Source: Fimbriimonadales bacterium (GTDB lineage Bacteria; Armatimonadota; Fimbriimonadia; Fimbriimonadales; ATM1). From it: a DNA stretch of 64,000 nt. The notes beneath the pieces are model-generated. The model was not told where the DNA came from, ran no database searches, and saw only the letters and a program-made list of their open reading frames with translations. Each line of letters opens with the position of its first letter. Positions within the stretch are counted from its first letter, which is position 1. The stretch is taken from positions 1 to 64,000 of the forward strand of contig JBPCLO010000013.1 of the NCBI GenBank assembly GCA_051003155.1. The letters run 5' to 3'. This document shows positions 1 through 10,858 of the stretch, piece after piece. Made by a program: the position numbers and the translations under genes.

Positions 1-130
1 GGAGATCCTGGATGCCGACCTCGTAGGTAACGCACTCCAGATCGACAATCTGACTACCGTGCCGGAGCCCGGCACGCTGGCCGTTTTGGCTCTGGGCGTT
101 GCCGCATTGGCTCTTCGCCGCCGTAAATAG
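1..130 (+). CDS. 3' end of a PEP-CTERM sorting-domain protein (partial)
   Basis: Frame from base 2 reads EILDADLVGNALQIDNLTT-VPEPGTLAVLALGVAALALRRRK-stop: VPEP motif, hydrophobic helix, basic tail. Confidence 0.93.
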   Translation, partial: EILDADLVGNALQIDNLTTVPEPGTLAVLALGVAALALRRRK

Positions 131-261
131 CAGGTAATCCTGCCCGCTACAGAAGCGGTGCCCACAAATCGGCGCCGCTTCTTTGTATCAGGGAGTTTCT
201 GGTGCAGAGAGGCTTCGTCTCGCGCCATGCGTTAGATCGTCGGTAAAGGTAGAGTCGTGCA

Positions 262-935
262 ATGATCGCATGCCTCCTCGCCGCGTCCCGCGCCCAGCAA
301 TCGGGCCACGGTTCCCGCCGAGCGCCTCGACCAGGAGTGTGGCGAGAGCGGCACGAACGCTGCGCCTGACTAAGCAGGGCGCAAACGAGATCGCGTTCAT
401 CGGCGATTCGATCACGCAGGGCTGGGAGTCGGCAGGGAAGGAGACCTGGGTCAAAATCTACGCGCCGTGCGGGGCCGCGAATTTCGGCTTCAGCGGTGAC
501 CAGACGCAGCATGTGCTCTGGCGTCTTCAAAACGGCGAGGTCATCGCCGCGAAGCCCAAGGTCGTGGTCCCTATGATAGGAACCAACAATGTCGGCGGCC
601 GGTCCGTGAGCCCGGCGAAGACAGCAGAAGGGATCGCCGCGATCGTCGGGTACTTGGGTGAAAAGCTCCCCGAGACAAAGGTGCTGCTCCTCGGCGTGTT
701 TCCGCGGGGCGAAACCGCCAGCGACCCCTTGCGCATCGCCGTGGGGCAAACCACCGCGTCGATCTCGCGCCTCCACGATGGCCAAAGGGTCCACCTCCTC
801 AACATCGGGAGGCATTTCCAGTGGCGTGACGGGGCCCTCCGAACGAACCTCATGCCCGACCGCCTCCACCTAAGCGCCGGCGGCTACGAGATATGGGCGA
901 AGGCGATGGAAAGCACGTTGGCTGGCCTCCTTTAG
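262..935 (+). pseudogene. GDSL/SGNH hydrolase (PAF-acetylhydrolase-like) with a frameshifted 5' end
   Basis: SGNH blocks FIGDSIT, GFSGD, GTNN and DRLHLS are intact. The expected N-terminus (MIACLLAA.., ATVPAERLDQE, WRERHERC) is split across different frames at ~262-370. Confidence 0.7.
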
Positions 936-945
936 CGTGCTGTGA

Positions 946-2829
946 TCATTCAACCCAAGTTAGCGCCCAGGTGTCATCGTAGTATTCATAGTAGGTGTCC
1001 TCGTAGGAATAGGCTAGTCCGCCGAAAAGGACGGATCGACCGATGTAAGGATCGAACGCAATGCTGGCGCCGCTGCGTTTACCGGGTGGCTGCACGCCCA
1101 GGGATTTCCACGTCGCGCCGTTCCAGACGGTCGCATCCAAAAGCGATCCACCATAATCGACATATCCACCGTAACAGAAGGTCATATTGGCGTGCTCGTC
1201 GAAAACAGTGGCTGCTCCCCTTCGAACCCCTGCGTCGTCCTCGTATACAAACTGCCAGCCGACGCCGTCCCAAAGCCAGGTGAGATTGTGCGTCCACCCG
1301 CGCAGAACGCCGACCTTTCGGTGCCGATCGTATACGGCATCGGTGGTGTAGGATGGCGTATCTATGTTGGTTTCTTCCCAAGCAGCGCCGTTCCACAGCC
1401 ACGTTGCGCCGGTTTCTTGGGTACCCGTTCTCAGCGAGACCAACACAATCTTTCGAAGGTTAGGATCGTAGAACATCGGACCCGCTTGCGGGGGAATGGC
1501 GCCGACCGTGTTCGGCCGGCACCAGCTGGAACCATTCCAAATCCACGTGTCCCTCGCGGGCACCACGTTGCCGTACCGGTTGTAAATCCGCCCCCCGAAC
1601 AAAACTGCTTCCTGGCGGTCTTCGTCGTAAACGAACGCAGCATAGGCTCGCGGGGCCGGACTGAGCCCGCGGCTGGCACTATGCCATCCGTCTTGCGGCG
1701 TATAAACCCACGTGCCACCTTGAAGTCCTTGACGGCCCCGATTGGAGGAATGAATGTTTCCACCGAAGAGAACCAAGCTGTTCCGCGCATTATCGAAAAC
1801 CATGGCTGTCCCTTTGTGGGCTGGTGGAGCCGGGTCATCGTCGATCCACGCCTGGCCGTCGAAGAACCACAGATCGCTGAACCGGCGGCCTATGTGCTGG
1901 CCGCCAAAGACCGCTACTTTCCCTAAAACCGGGTGATACGCTGCTGCGTGATGGCTGCGTGGATAGAGATTGTGTGTGGCGCGAGAAAGCTCCCAGTGCT
2001 CGCCCCGGAATTCCCAAACAGTGTCCGCGACCTCAAAGGGCTCTTTGCCTATGCCGTCGACGAGGATGCTCGCCCGTCTCTGAGGATCGTAAGTAAGCGT
2101 GTGCCAAGAACGGCCTGGGGCGGTATTCCCTAAATCGATCTTCACCCACTGCAGGCCATCCCATTCCCACGTGTCCGAAAGCGACGGGCCGTTCCAGGAG
2201 GTTCTACCGCCATGCAATATGACTTTGCCTCTTTCGACATCATAAGTCATCCCCGCTGCATAGCGAGGAGTCGGCCCTGACGAAGCAACGGCGCGCCAAG
2301 CGGAGCCGTTGTATTCCCAAGTATCCCCGTAAGGGGAATACCCCGCAGCTCCGCCGAACATCACGGTGACGCCCCGACGCTCGTCGTAAGCCATCGCGTG
2401 AGAGTGCCGACGGCTTGGCCGAGTCCGAGTCCCCACTTCGGTCCATTTTACGCCGTCCCATTCGTGCGTTGCGTTCCTCTCGCTGGACGCGATGCCTCCG
2501 AAATGAACTGCCACACCACGTTTTGTATCAAAAGCCATGGCTCCGAAAACGAGATCCTCCGACATCGCCGAATCTTCGATCATGCGCCAAATTTCGCCGT
2601 CCCATTCCCACACGTATGGATAGTGATGGGTGCCTTGGGATTCGCTGTAATACGTGGCTCCGCCGTACACGACCAGCCGATCTCGCAAGCTGGCGTAGAC
2701 CATGGAGTGCCCATACATCGACGGCGGGGATGGTTTGTCGAGCCTCTCCCAGCGCCACCCGGCGCTGGCATTCGTCGCGACGATCATGGTAATCGTCAAG
2801 GGCAGGAAAAAGCGGGTAGCTGGTCTCAC
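946..2829 (-). CDS. Secreted Kelch-repeat (beta-propeller) protein
   Basis: Signal peptide, then about 12 repeats of the form MAYD..R...VLFGG....DTWEWDG..W. Confidence 0.88.
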   Translation of the reverse strand: MRPATRFFLPLTITMIVATNASAGWRWERLDKPSPPSMYGHSMVYASLRDRLVVYGGATYYSESQGTHHYPYVWEWDGEIWRMIEDSAMSEDLVFGAMAFDTKRGVAVHFGGIASSERNATHEWDGVKWTEVGTRTRPSRRHSHAMAYDERRGVTVMFGGAAGYSPYGDTWEYNGSAWRAVASSGPTPRYAAGMTYDVERGKVILHGGRTSWNGPSLSDTWEWDGLQWVKIDLGNTAPGRSWHTLTYDPQRRASILVDGIGKEPFEVADTVWEFRGEHWELSRATHNLYPRSHHAAAYHPVLGKVAVFGGQHIGRRFSDLWFFDGQAWIDDDPAPPAHKGTAMVFDNARNSLVLFGGNIHSSNRGRQGLQGGTWVYTPQDGWHSASRGLSPAPRAYAAFVYDEDRQEAVLFGGRIYNRYGNVVPARDTWIWNGSSWCRPNTVGAIPPQAGPMFYDPNLRKIVLVSLRTGTQETGATWLWNGAAWEETNIDTPSYTTDAVYDRHRKVGVLRGWTHNLTWLWDGVGWQFVYEDDAGVRRGAATVFDEHANMTFCYGGYVDYGGSLLDATVWNGATWKSLGVQPPGKRSGASIAFDPYIGRSVLFGGLAYSYEDTYYEYYDDTWALTWVE

Positions 2830-2939
2830 TTTGGAGCGTCCTACCTGGCATTATACGCGAGGCTTCAGAGAGAGCTCACATTGAGCACCCTGTATCGCGG
2901 TATGCCTCTCGGCTTGCGGTAGTATCCGGGGCGACGTTT

Positions 2940-3872
2940 ATGCTCCTTCGCTCGCTCATTCTTCGCGTCGCAGACCGCCCCTGGATCGAGAGGTTCATAA
3001 AGAATAGCTGGGTGACGCGCGGGGTGGTGAAGCGGTTTATCGCGGGCGACTCGTTGGAGGAGGCCATGGCCGCCACGGACGCACTCGCGCAGAAGGGCTT
3101 TCGCGTAACCCTCGACCTGCTGGGCGAGCACACCAAGACCGAAGCGGACGCCAACGCCGCCGCGGGCGAGTACGTCGAGATGCTGGAGCGGATCGCGCGC
3201 TCTCCGCACAGCGGCGGCTCGCCCGAAAGGATCAACATCTCGATCAAGCTCACCCAGCTGGGCCTCCTCGCGGACACGGACAGGGCCCTGGAGAGGCTCG
3301 AGGTTCTGCTCTCTAAAGCGGGCGAGAACAACAACTTCGTGCGGATCGACATGGAGGACAGCGACTGCACCGACCGCACGCTTTCGGTCGCGGCCGCAGC
3401 CTTCAAAAAACGCCCGAATGTTGGTGTGGCGCTGCAGTCGATGCTGTTCCGCACCGGCAGGGACATCGAAGCGCTCATCCAGCTGGGAATGCGCGTGCGC
3501 TTGGTGAAGGGCGCCTACTTGGAGCCCGCGAATGTGGCCCACCAACGCCGCGACGAGGTCGATGCCGCCTACATCGCTTGTTCGTATCGTTTGCTTGCTG
3601 GCGGCAACTTCCCGGCCTTCGGCACGCACGACGGCAAGATTATCGAGAGACTCAGCGCCTACGCCAAGCAGCACGCAATCGGCCAAGAGCGCTATGAGTT
3701 CCAGTTCCTGTACGGTATTCGGCGCGACCTGCAGGAGGGACTCCGCAAGGAAGGCTACGGGGTGCGCGTCTACGTGCCCTACGGCAGCAGCTGGTATCCC
3801 TATTTCACGAGAAGGCTGGCGGAGCGCCCCGCCAACCTTCTGTTCTTCCTGCGAAGCATGTTCTCGAAGTGA
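2940..3872 (+). CDS. Monofunctional proline dehydrogenase
   Basis: RFIAG, DLLGE, RIDMED, RLVKGAY, EFQFLYG and YVPYG..WYPYFTRRLAERPAN motifs. Confidence 0.95.
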   Translation: MLLRSLILRVADRPWIERFIKNSWVTRGVVKRFIAGDSLEEAMAATDALAQKGFRVTLDLLGEHTKTEADANAAAGEYVEMLERIARSPHSGGSPERINISIKLTQLGLLADTDRALERLEVLLSKAGENNNFVRIDMEDSDCTDRTLSVAAAAFKKRPNVGVALQSMLFRTGRDIEALIQLGMRVRLVKGAYLEPANVAHQRRDEVDAAYIACSYRLLAGGNFPAFGTHDGKIIERLSAYAKQHAIGQERYEFQFLYGIRRDLQEGLRKEGYGVRVYVPYGSSWYPYFTRRLAERPANLLFFLRSMFSK

Positions 3873-3873
3873 T

Positions 3874-5556
3874 TCAGCGCGTGATCGTCCACTTGGTTAG
3901 GTCGATGCGGCCCTTCCACGGGTAGACGAATACCGCCCCCCTAGCCCTGTACGAGACCCGCGCCCTGATGCTCCTGGTGCCCGCCTCCACGAAGCGGGCC
4001 GCGTTCGAGGTGACGTTGACGACGGCCGTGCTGTCCGAAGTGGTCGCCGTTCTTGTGTCGAGGACCTCGTACGCGGCGGTCTGATAGTTGAAGAGCGAGA
4101 TCTTCTGCTCGATGTTCGAGTTGCTCGCGTGGGACTCCAGAGTGAAGCTCATCGCCGAGGGTGTCGCGAACGGGGACGTCGCATTGAGAATGATCTGGAT
4201 CGGCGGCTCGGCGTTCGAGAACACCGCTCCCGGCCTCATTTCGAGCCGGTTGTCGTCGCTCATGGCCAGAGACGCCAGGTTGCCTTGGAGGACCGAGCCG
4301 CGAAACATCGTGAAAGAAGCCGGCACGATCGTTTCGACCTTGGGTCTTATCCTGAATATCTTGCCCAGCGAATATCCGACGACGTACATATAGCCGTCGG
4401 GGCCGATCCGCCCGTCCGTCGTTGCTCCCCAGCCGGTGCCGATGGTGATCGCGTCGACCTCCGCAGGGTTATCCGCCACCTGGTCCGAAAGACCGCCGCT
4501 CAAAAGGAAGCCGTCCCTGGCCTGGTTTAGGTCGAGTTTCATCAGCCTGCCGAGGTTGGTGCTGAGAATGAGGGCGTCGCCGCGTTCGTTTGGATGGTAC
4601 TTCGGGCTGTTGAAGAACTCGATGCCTGATATGCCGATCGGGGAAAGGTAGCTGAACTCGGGGTCTCTGTAGAAAGCGCCCGTCAAGTAAACGAGGTCGT
4701 CCGAGTTGTAGGAAGTGTGGTTGTTCTGGACATAGGTTGCGTTGCGCGAGTCCGGGCCCATGATGAGTCGCCAACCCGAGTTCATTCCGGCCTCCCCGAT
4801 GTTGATCTCGTCGTAAACCTCGGGGCCGTTCTCCGTGTACCACATTCGCCCCGTCTGCTCGTCCCAGGTCATGCCGTACCCGTTCCGAAATCCGTATAGA
4901 AACATCCTCTTCACGCTCGCGTCCGGGTGCGTTGCGAAGGGGTTATCGGCGGGAACGCTTCCGTCGAGGTTGATCCGGTAGATGCAAGCCGCGGCGCCGA
5001 TGACGGTCGGGTTGTTGTTCATCTCGAAGCATCCATAGCGAGCCATATCGCCGCGTTGAATGTAGAGTTTCCCGTCAGGCCCGATCTTTATGTACCCGCC
5101 GTGATGATAAGGCGGGCTCTCCCAGTCCGGATGCGGTCCGAGAACCATGACTGTGGAGACAAAAGACAGGCTCACGCCGTTCCAAAAAAACTTTTCAAGC
5201 CGGTCATCCAGCCAAGCGCCACCGTCAGTAGCTGCTCTTGAGTAGAAAAGGTACACGAACCTGTTTTGCGCGAATCCGGGATCAAGAACCACGCCAAGGA
5301 GGCCCTGCTCGCCATCGTTGGTTACCGCAAGATCGATGGCGTTGCCAACCGCGACGCCGTTCGTGATTACCCGCAGTTTGCCGGTGTTCTTCTCGCATAC
5401 GAACTGGGTGTCAATGCTGGGGAAGGCTATGGAAACGGGCTGCGCCAAGCTGCTGACAACGGTATCGAAGAAATAGTCTGTCAGGGCGAGGTTTTGCGCG
5501 CTGCATAGCGAAGTTGCCGTTACCAATGTCGCGCAGATCGCGAGCTTAATATTCAC
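3874..5556 (-). CDS. Secreted PQQ-dependent sugar dehydrogenase (GSDH/Sdh family) with conserved C-terminal domain
   Basis: Signal peptide; EQGLLG, HHGG..IGPDGKLY, YGFRN, ENGP..YDEIN motifs; extra ~154-aa C-terminal domain. Confidence 0.88.
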   Translation of the reverse strand: MNIKLAICATLVTATSLCSAQNLALTDYFFDTVVSSLAQPVSIAFPSIDTQFVCEKNTGKLRVITNGVAVGNAIDLAVTNDGEQGLLGVVLDPGFAQNRFVYLFYSRAATDGGAWLDDRLEKFFWNGVSLSFVSTVMVLGPHPDWESPPYHHGGYIKIGPDGKLYIQRGDMARYGCFEMNNNPTVIGAAACIYRINLDGSVPADNPFATHPDASVKRMFLYGFRNGYGMTWDEQTGRMWYTENGPEVYDEINIGEAGMNSGWRLIMGPDSRNATYVQNNHTSYNSDDLVYLTGAFYRDPEFSYLSPIGISGIEFFNSPKYHPNERGDALILSTNLGRLMKLDLNQARDGFLLSGGLSDQVADNPAEVDAITIGTGWGATTDGRIGPDGYMYVVGYSLGKIFRIRPKVETIVPASFTMFRGSVLQGNLASLAMSDDNRLEMRPGAVFSNAEPPIQIILNATSPFATPSAMSFTLESHASNSNIEQKISLFNYQTAAYEVLDTRTATTSDSTAVVNVTSNAARFVEAGTRSIRARVSYRARGAVFVYPWKGRIDLTKWTITR

Positions 5557-5567
5557 TTGGTTCTCCT

Positions 5568-7271
5568 TTATCGAGTAATCGTCCAGGCAGTAAGGTCGAC
5601 CCTGGCAAGCCAGGGGAAGACAAACACTGTACCGGTTGTCTTGAAATTTACGCGCGCTCTGATCGCTCCGTTCGACCCAACGAACCGTCCGGCATTGGAA
5701 GGAACTTCGACGGTAGCCACGGTATCCTGGCTTGTTAGTTCTACCGTACCCAATAGTTCGTAGCGCTGAGTGTCGTCATTGAAGAGGGAAATAGTCTGCA
5801 CAACGTTTCCGGAACTCGCGTGGGATTCGACCTGGAAACGCAAGTGGGAAGGGTTAGGAAAGGGCGAGCTGCCGTCGAGGATGACCTGAATCTGCGCCTC
5901 GGATGTGCTGAACACCGATCCCGGACGCATAACAAGCCGTGAGTCGTCGCTGACCGCCAAGTCCGCGAGCCCGCCTGACACAACCGAACCGCGAAACATC
6001 GAGAAGTTGTTTGGAGTGATCGTCTCCACCTTGGGACGAATGCGGAACACCTTGCCGCTGCTGAGGCTGGAAACGTAAATATAACCGTCCGGCCCAATCT
6101 CCAGGTCCGTCACGATGCCCCATCCGGACCCGTATTCGTTGAGACCCCGTTCTCCCGAGTTGTCGGCGACGCGGTCGGACAGGGGACCGTCTAAATCGAA
6201 GTGCTCTCGATGCGGGTCCATCTCGAAAAGGTAGAGATCCCCGTTATTTGTATCTCCGATCAGGCAGTGATTCCTCTCGGCTTCACCCATCTTAGCGCTC
6301 GTAAGGAATAGGATGGAAGTTGGCCCAATTGTGGACAGCCAACTGAACTCGGGATCCCGATAGTAAGAGGAAGGCAGCTCCGTGAGGTCGTCTGCGTCAT
6401 AGGGGTTAAAGCCGTTCTCGCTGTATTCGGCGTTGCGCGAATCCGGGCCGATAATTTTGAGCCAGCCCGAATTCATTCCAGGCTCGGGCACCACGTTAAC
6501 TTCGTCGTAGTTGTTCGGTCCGTTTTCTGTGAACCATATGCGTCCGCTCAGCGGGTCCACGGTCATCCCGAACGAGTTACGCACTCCGTACGCCCACATC
6601 GTGCGGATCTTCGGATCGGGATGCAAGACAAATGGATTGTCCAGGGGAATGGTGCCGTCCAAATTGTAACGATGGATCCCACCGACACCCGACGCCAGCT
6701 CGGTTGCCGAGTTCTGCTCGATCCGCGGGTTCGACAACCGACCTCGGTTGAGATCGCCCGTGATCGCGTAAAGCTTATCGTCGGGCCCGATCAAAATGAT
6801 CCCGCCATTGTGAATCGGCCCGTTCGCCTGGTTCGGGTCCACCGGGAACGAAGCGACCCCAGCGTTAAAGCTCAGAATGCCATCGTTGTAGCGGAATCGG
6901 TCGATTCGATTGTCAACCCAGCTGCCGCCGTCGCTGGGCGCGCGTGAATAGTAGGCGTACACGAAGCCATTGGTTGCAAAGTTCGGGTGAAGACAAATAC
7001 CGAGTAGGCCGCGCTCACCTGTCGTGGAGACCGCGAGATCGAGGGCAATGCCTTCGACGACACCGTTCACAACGCGCTTCACGCGCCCGGTCTCCTTCTC
7101 GCAGATCAGGAAAGTGTCGGAGCCGACGAATGCCATCGTGGTGGGCTGGCTAAGGTTAGTGGCCACCGTTTCGACGAAGTAATCACTCGAACCGAAAGTT
7201 TGCGCCGCTGCGGTGCCGACGAGAGCGATCACTGCACATGTTGGTCCGGCAAGTTTAGAACTGAATCTCAT
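5568..7271 (-). CDS. Secreted PQQ-dependent sugar dehydrogenase (GSDH/Sdh family) with conserved C-terminal domain
   Basis: Tandem paralog: ERGLLG, HNGG, YGVRN, ENGP..YDEVN; same C-terminal domain. Confidence 0.88.
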   Translation of the reverse strand: MRFSSKLAGPTCAVIALVGTAAAQTFGSSDYFVETVATNLSQPTTMAFVGSDTFLICEKETGRVKRVVNGVVEGIALDLAVSTTGERGLLGICLHPNFATNGFVYAYYSRAPSDGGSWVDNRIDRFRYNDGILSFNAGVASFPVDPNQANGPIHNGGIILIGPDDKLYAITGDLNRGRLSNPRIEQNSATELASGVGGIHRYNLDGTIPLDNPFVLHPDPKIRTMWAYGVRNSFGMTVDPLSGRIWFTENGPNNYDEVNVVPEPGMNSGWLKIIGPDSRNAEYSENGFNPYDADDLTELPSSYYRDPEFSWLSTIGPTSILFLTSAKMGEAERNHCLIGDTNNGDLYLFEMDPHREHFDLDGPLSDRVADNSGERGLNEYGSGWGIVTDLEIGPDGYIYVSSLSSGKVFRIRPKVETITPNNFSMFRGSVVSGGLADLAVSDDSRLVMRPGSVFSTSEAQIQVILDGSSPFPNPSHLRFQVESHASSGNVVQTISLFNDDTQRYELLGTVELTSQDTVATVEVPSNAGRFVGSNGAIRARVNFKTTGTVFVFPWLARVDLTAWTITR

Positions 7272-7347
7272 AGGGTCTCCCGCAGAATTCTACATGATGC
7301 ACTTGGTGAATCGTGGGAGACCACTGCGCGTACAATATGAGAACCTG

Positions 7348-8826
7348 ATGAAATCCCGCCTGACTCTCCTCCTCATCTTCGCCGCCGCCGCCGCGCAAGC
7401 ACTCGAGTTTTCGGTGACTTTTCCCGCAGGCCGGTTGCAGGCGCCGTTCAACGGCCGCGTCGTCGTTTACTTGAGTACCGGGCGCAGCGAACCGCGTCTC
7501 GGGCCGGATTGGTTCAACCCGCAGCCGATGTACTCCACCACTTTCAAGCACGTGGGCTCGGGTGATCCAATGGTCATAGGCGAGAGAGCCGTCGCGTTTC
7601 CAACGACCCTCCACAAGCTCAAGGAAGGCGAATACACGATTCAAGCAGTGGTTGACCTGAATCTGGGCGGCCGTTCTATCGGAACGAGTCCGGGCAACCT
7701 CTATTCCGCTCCGCAAAGGGTTTTTTTGAAGCCGACGACGGGTCAGGTGGTAAAGATAAGCTGCGAAAAGGTGGCTGAAGATGCGCGCTTCCAAGACACT
7801 GACATGGCCAGGGCCGCGCGATTCCAATCCAAGCACCTTTCCACCTTCTATGAGCGGCCCACGATCATGCGAGCCGCAGTCATTCTCCCTGAGACCTGGA
7901 AGGCCACTTCGGCCCAGAAATACCCCGTCATCTATTCGATACCCGGGTTCGGAGGTTCGTTCCTTGACTATAGTGCCTCGACAAGCAGAGCGGGAACGGT
8001 GCGAGACGGCGAAGAGTTCATCTACGTCGTGCTCGACCCGAACTGCCCGACCGGCCATCATGTTTTTGCAGACAGCGCCAACAACGGTCCGTGGGGCAAA
8101 GCGCTAACCACCGAATTCATACCGTTCATCGAGCAGAAGTACCGAGGTATCGGAAAGTCGGAAAGCCGCTTCGTGACCGGACATTCGAGCGGCGGCTGGT
8201 CGAGCCTTTGGCTGCAGGTGACGTATCCGGATATCTTCAACGGCTGCTGGTCGACATCTCCGGACCCGGTCGACTTTCGCGACTTCCAGATGATCGATAT
8301 CTACAAGCACGATCAGAACATGTTCGTGGACGGGAAGGGCAGGCCGCGGCCGCTCGCCAGGTTCGGCGACCAACCGGCGATCTTTATGAAGCAATTTTCA
8401 GATATGGAGAGGCCGATCCGCGGAGAGCAATTGGGTTCGTTCGAGGCAGTGTTCAGCCCTAGAGGGGCGGACAAGCAGCCGGGCCAGCTGTGGAACCGCG
8501 ATACGGGAGCGATCAACAACGACGTCGCCCTCGCCTGGCAGAAGCACGACGTCGGCCTAATTCTTCGGAAGAACTGGGCGGTCCTCGAGCCGAAGCTTCG
8601 CGGCAAGATCCACGTTTACATGGGCAACATGGACACCTTTTATCTCGATGGTGCGGTGAGGCTACTGCAGAAAGACCTGAAGGCGCTTGGCGCCGACGCG
8701 TCAGTAGAAATGTTCCCAGGCGACCACGGCTCGGTGCTCACGACACAGCTTCGAGATCGCATTGACCGCGAGATGGCAGCCCGGTACAAAGCCGCAGCCG
8801 GGGCGACCGTGGGCCGCAGACTTTAG
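7348..8826 (+). CDS. Secreted alpha/beta-hydrolase (enterochelin-esterase-like putative esterase)
   Basis: Signal peptide MKSRLTLLLIFAAAAAQA; nucleophile motif GHSSGG; NNGPWG; C-terminal GDH. Confidence 0.82.
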   Translation: MKSRLTLLLIFAAAAAQALEFSVTFPAGRLQAPFNGRVVVYLSTGRSEPRLGPDWFNPQPMYSTTFKHVGSGDPMVIGERAVAFPTTLHKLKEGEYTIQAVVDLNLGGRSIGTSPGNLYSAPQRVFLKPTTGQVVKISCEKVAEDARFQDTDMARAARFQSKHLSTFYERPTIMRAAVILPETWKATSAQKYPVIYSIPGFGGSFLDYSASTSRAGTVRDGEEFIYVVLDPNCPTGHHVFADSANNGPWGKALTTEFIPFIEQKYRGIGKSESRFVTGHSSGGWSSLWLQVTYPDIFNGCWSTSPDPVDFRDFQMIDIYKHDQNMFVDGKGRPRPLARFGDQPAIFMKQFSDMERPIRGEQLGSFEAVFSPRGADKQPGQLWNRDTGAINNDVALAWQKHDVGLILRKNWAVLEPKLRGKIHVYMGNMDTFYLDGAVRLLQKDLKALGADASVEMFPGDHGSVLTTQLRDRIDREMAARYKAAAGATVGRRL

Positions 8827-8928
8827 ACCGCAGCGCGGACGCTCGCTTCGCGACGCGCATGTGCGCAGAGTGGCCATAATAGCCAGTGCCTACGGGGCTC
8901 CCCTGGGCGATCTCATTAAGGAACAAGA

Positions 8929-10791
8929 ATGCTCGACGACATCAAACGCATTGTTGCGACCGACTGCGGGTCGACGACGACCAAAGCAATTTTAATCGAG
9001 CGCAATGACCAGGGTGAGTACCGCCTCGTGGCCCGAGGCGAAGCGCCGACGACCGTAGAGAAGCCGTTCGAGGACGTTACGGTTGGCGTTCTCAATGCGG
9101 TTCGCGAGCTCGAAGAAATCACCGAAGCGAAGCAAGCCAAGCGAAGCTTGCTCAAGGATGACAAGGTTTGGCGGTTCCAAAAGGACGGACAGGTTTCGGA
9201 ACAATCTGGCGATTCTACGGCGGGCTCGGATGTTTACTTGAGCACAAGTTCGGCGGGCGGCGGGCTCCAGATGATGGTCGCCGGAGTCGTGAAGGCGATG
9301 AGTGCCGAGAGCGCTGAGCGAGCTGCCCTTGGCGCCGGCGCGATACTTATGGACACGCTTGCGGTCGACGATGGCCGTAAGGACTTCCAGAAGGTCGAAA
9401 GGCTCCGCCAACTGCGTCCGGACATTATCCTCATGTCGGGCGGCACGGACGGTGGTACCAAGGACCACCTGACCGCCATGGCCCTCGTCATTCGCCGCGC
9501 AGATCCTAAACCGCGCTTCGGCGACATGAAGTTGCCGGTCATTTTCGCCGGGAACAAGGATGCCCGAGAAGACGTGAAGACGGAAGCGGGGCCCGCGATC
9601 GAAGTACACGTCGTCGATAACATCAGGCCAACCCTCGACAGAGAGAACCTCGGGCCCGCCCGAGAGGCGATCCACGAACTGTTTCTGGAGCACGTAATGC
9701 AGCAAGCGCCGGGATATAACAAACTGCTCGATTGGGCCAGCGAGGAGATTATGGCTACGCCGAATGCGGTCGGCAAGCTGATGGAGAGTTTTGCGAAGGG
9801 AAGGGGCATCAACATACTCGGCGTCGACATCGGCGGCGCGACGACGGACGTTTTCTCGGTATTCGGCGGCGTCTACAACCGGACGGTTTCGGCAAACCTC
9901 GGTATGAGCTACTCGATTTGCAACGTGCTCAAGGAAACGGGCACGGCGAATATCGCCCGGTGGTTGCCGTTCGTGCTCGACGAGTTCGAGCTTCGCAACC
10001 GACTTCGAAACAAGATGATCCGGCCAACCACGATTCCGCAGACCTACGAAGACCTACTCGTCGAACATGCGGTAGCGCGTGAGGCGTTGCGGCTCGCCTT
10101 CGAGCACCACAAGACGTTGGCTCGCGGTCTCATGGGTGTCCAGCAGCAAAGAACGATCGGCGATGCGCTTTCGCAAGGCGCATCGGGCCAGACACTCGTC
10201 AAGATGATGGACCTCGATATGATTGTCGGCTCGGGCGGTGTCTTGAGCCACGCCCCCGACAGGCGGCAGAGCGCGCTCATGATGATCGACGCGTATCAAC
10301 CCGAGGGAATCACGATCCTTACCGTTGACTCGATCTTTATGATGCCGCACCTGGGAGTCCTCTCCGAACACCATCCGAAGGCTGCCGAAGAGGTCTTTGA
10401 GCGCGACTGCCTAGTCAAGATCGGAACGTGCATCGCGCCAGTCGGGACCGGTAAGCCCGGTGAGCCCTGCCTTTCGATTTCAGGAAGCGGAATTAGCGAA
10501 ACGATTCCGTTCGGTGCGCTTCACGTTGTCCCTTGGGATCCGCAAACCGCTCCGGAGCTTTGCATCGAACCTGCTCGGAACTTCGATATGGGAGCGGGGA
10601 AGGGAAAGCGCGTGATCGCAACTCAGTACGGCGTCGACGCCGAAAAGGACAAGGTCACCAAGCTCGAGGCCGGGATGATCGGCTTGATCGTCGACTGTCG
10701 CGGACGTCCGTTGGCGTTCCCCGAGGACCCGGAAGCTCGCAGGAAGATGCTGCGAAATACACTTGAAGCTCTGGACCTCAGGGCGCCCTGA
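8929..10791 (+). CDS. glmL: Glutamate mutase L (GlmL/MutL)-like ASKHA ATPase
   Basis: DCGSTTTK, TSSAGGGL, ALGAGA, GGTDGG, DIGGATTDVFS and RTVSANLGMSYS motifs. Confidence 0.8.
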   Translation: MLDDIKRIVATDCGSTTTKAILIERNDQGEYRLVARGEAPTTVEKPFEDVTVGVLNAVRELEEITEAKQAKRSLLKDDKVWRFQKDGQVSEQSGDSTAGSDVYLSTSSAGGGLQMMVAGVVKAMSAESAERAALGAGAILMDTLAVDDGRKDFQKVERLRQLRPDIILMSGGTDGGTKDHLTAMALVIRRADPKPRFGDMKLPVIFAGNKDAREDVKTEAGPAIEVHVVDNIRPTLDRENLGPAREAIHELFLEHVMQQAPGYNKLLDWASEEIMATPNAVGKLMESFAKGRGINILGVDIGGATTDVFSVFGGVYNRTVSANLGMSYSICNVLKETGTANIARWLPFVLDEFELRNRLRNKMIRPTTIPQTYEDLLVEHAVAREALRLAFEHHKTLARGLMGVQQQRTIGDALSQGASGQTLVKMMDLDMIVGSGGVLSHAPDRRQSALMMIDAYQPEGITILTVDSIFMMPHLGVLSEHHPKAAEEVFERDCLVKIGTCIAPVGTGKPGEPCLSISGSGISETIPFGALHVVPWDPQTAPELCIEPARNFDMGAGKGKRVIATQYGVDAEKDKVTKLEAGMIGLIVDCRGRPLAFPEDPEARRKMLRNTLEALDLRAP

Positions 10792-10858
10792 TCGCCCGAG
10801 TCTGGTATTGCGCAAGGTACCGCCGATGCGCCATACTTTCCCTTCGCCTAAAGTTCGC

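Noticed and set aside
946..2829. Kelch protein as a sixth carrier of the shared C-terminal domain
   Set aside because: It ends in a Kelch blade (YYDDTWALTWVE) and lacks the SDD/RPG/PW motifs.
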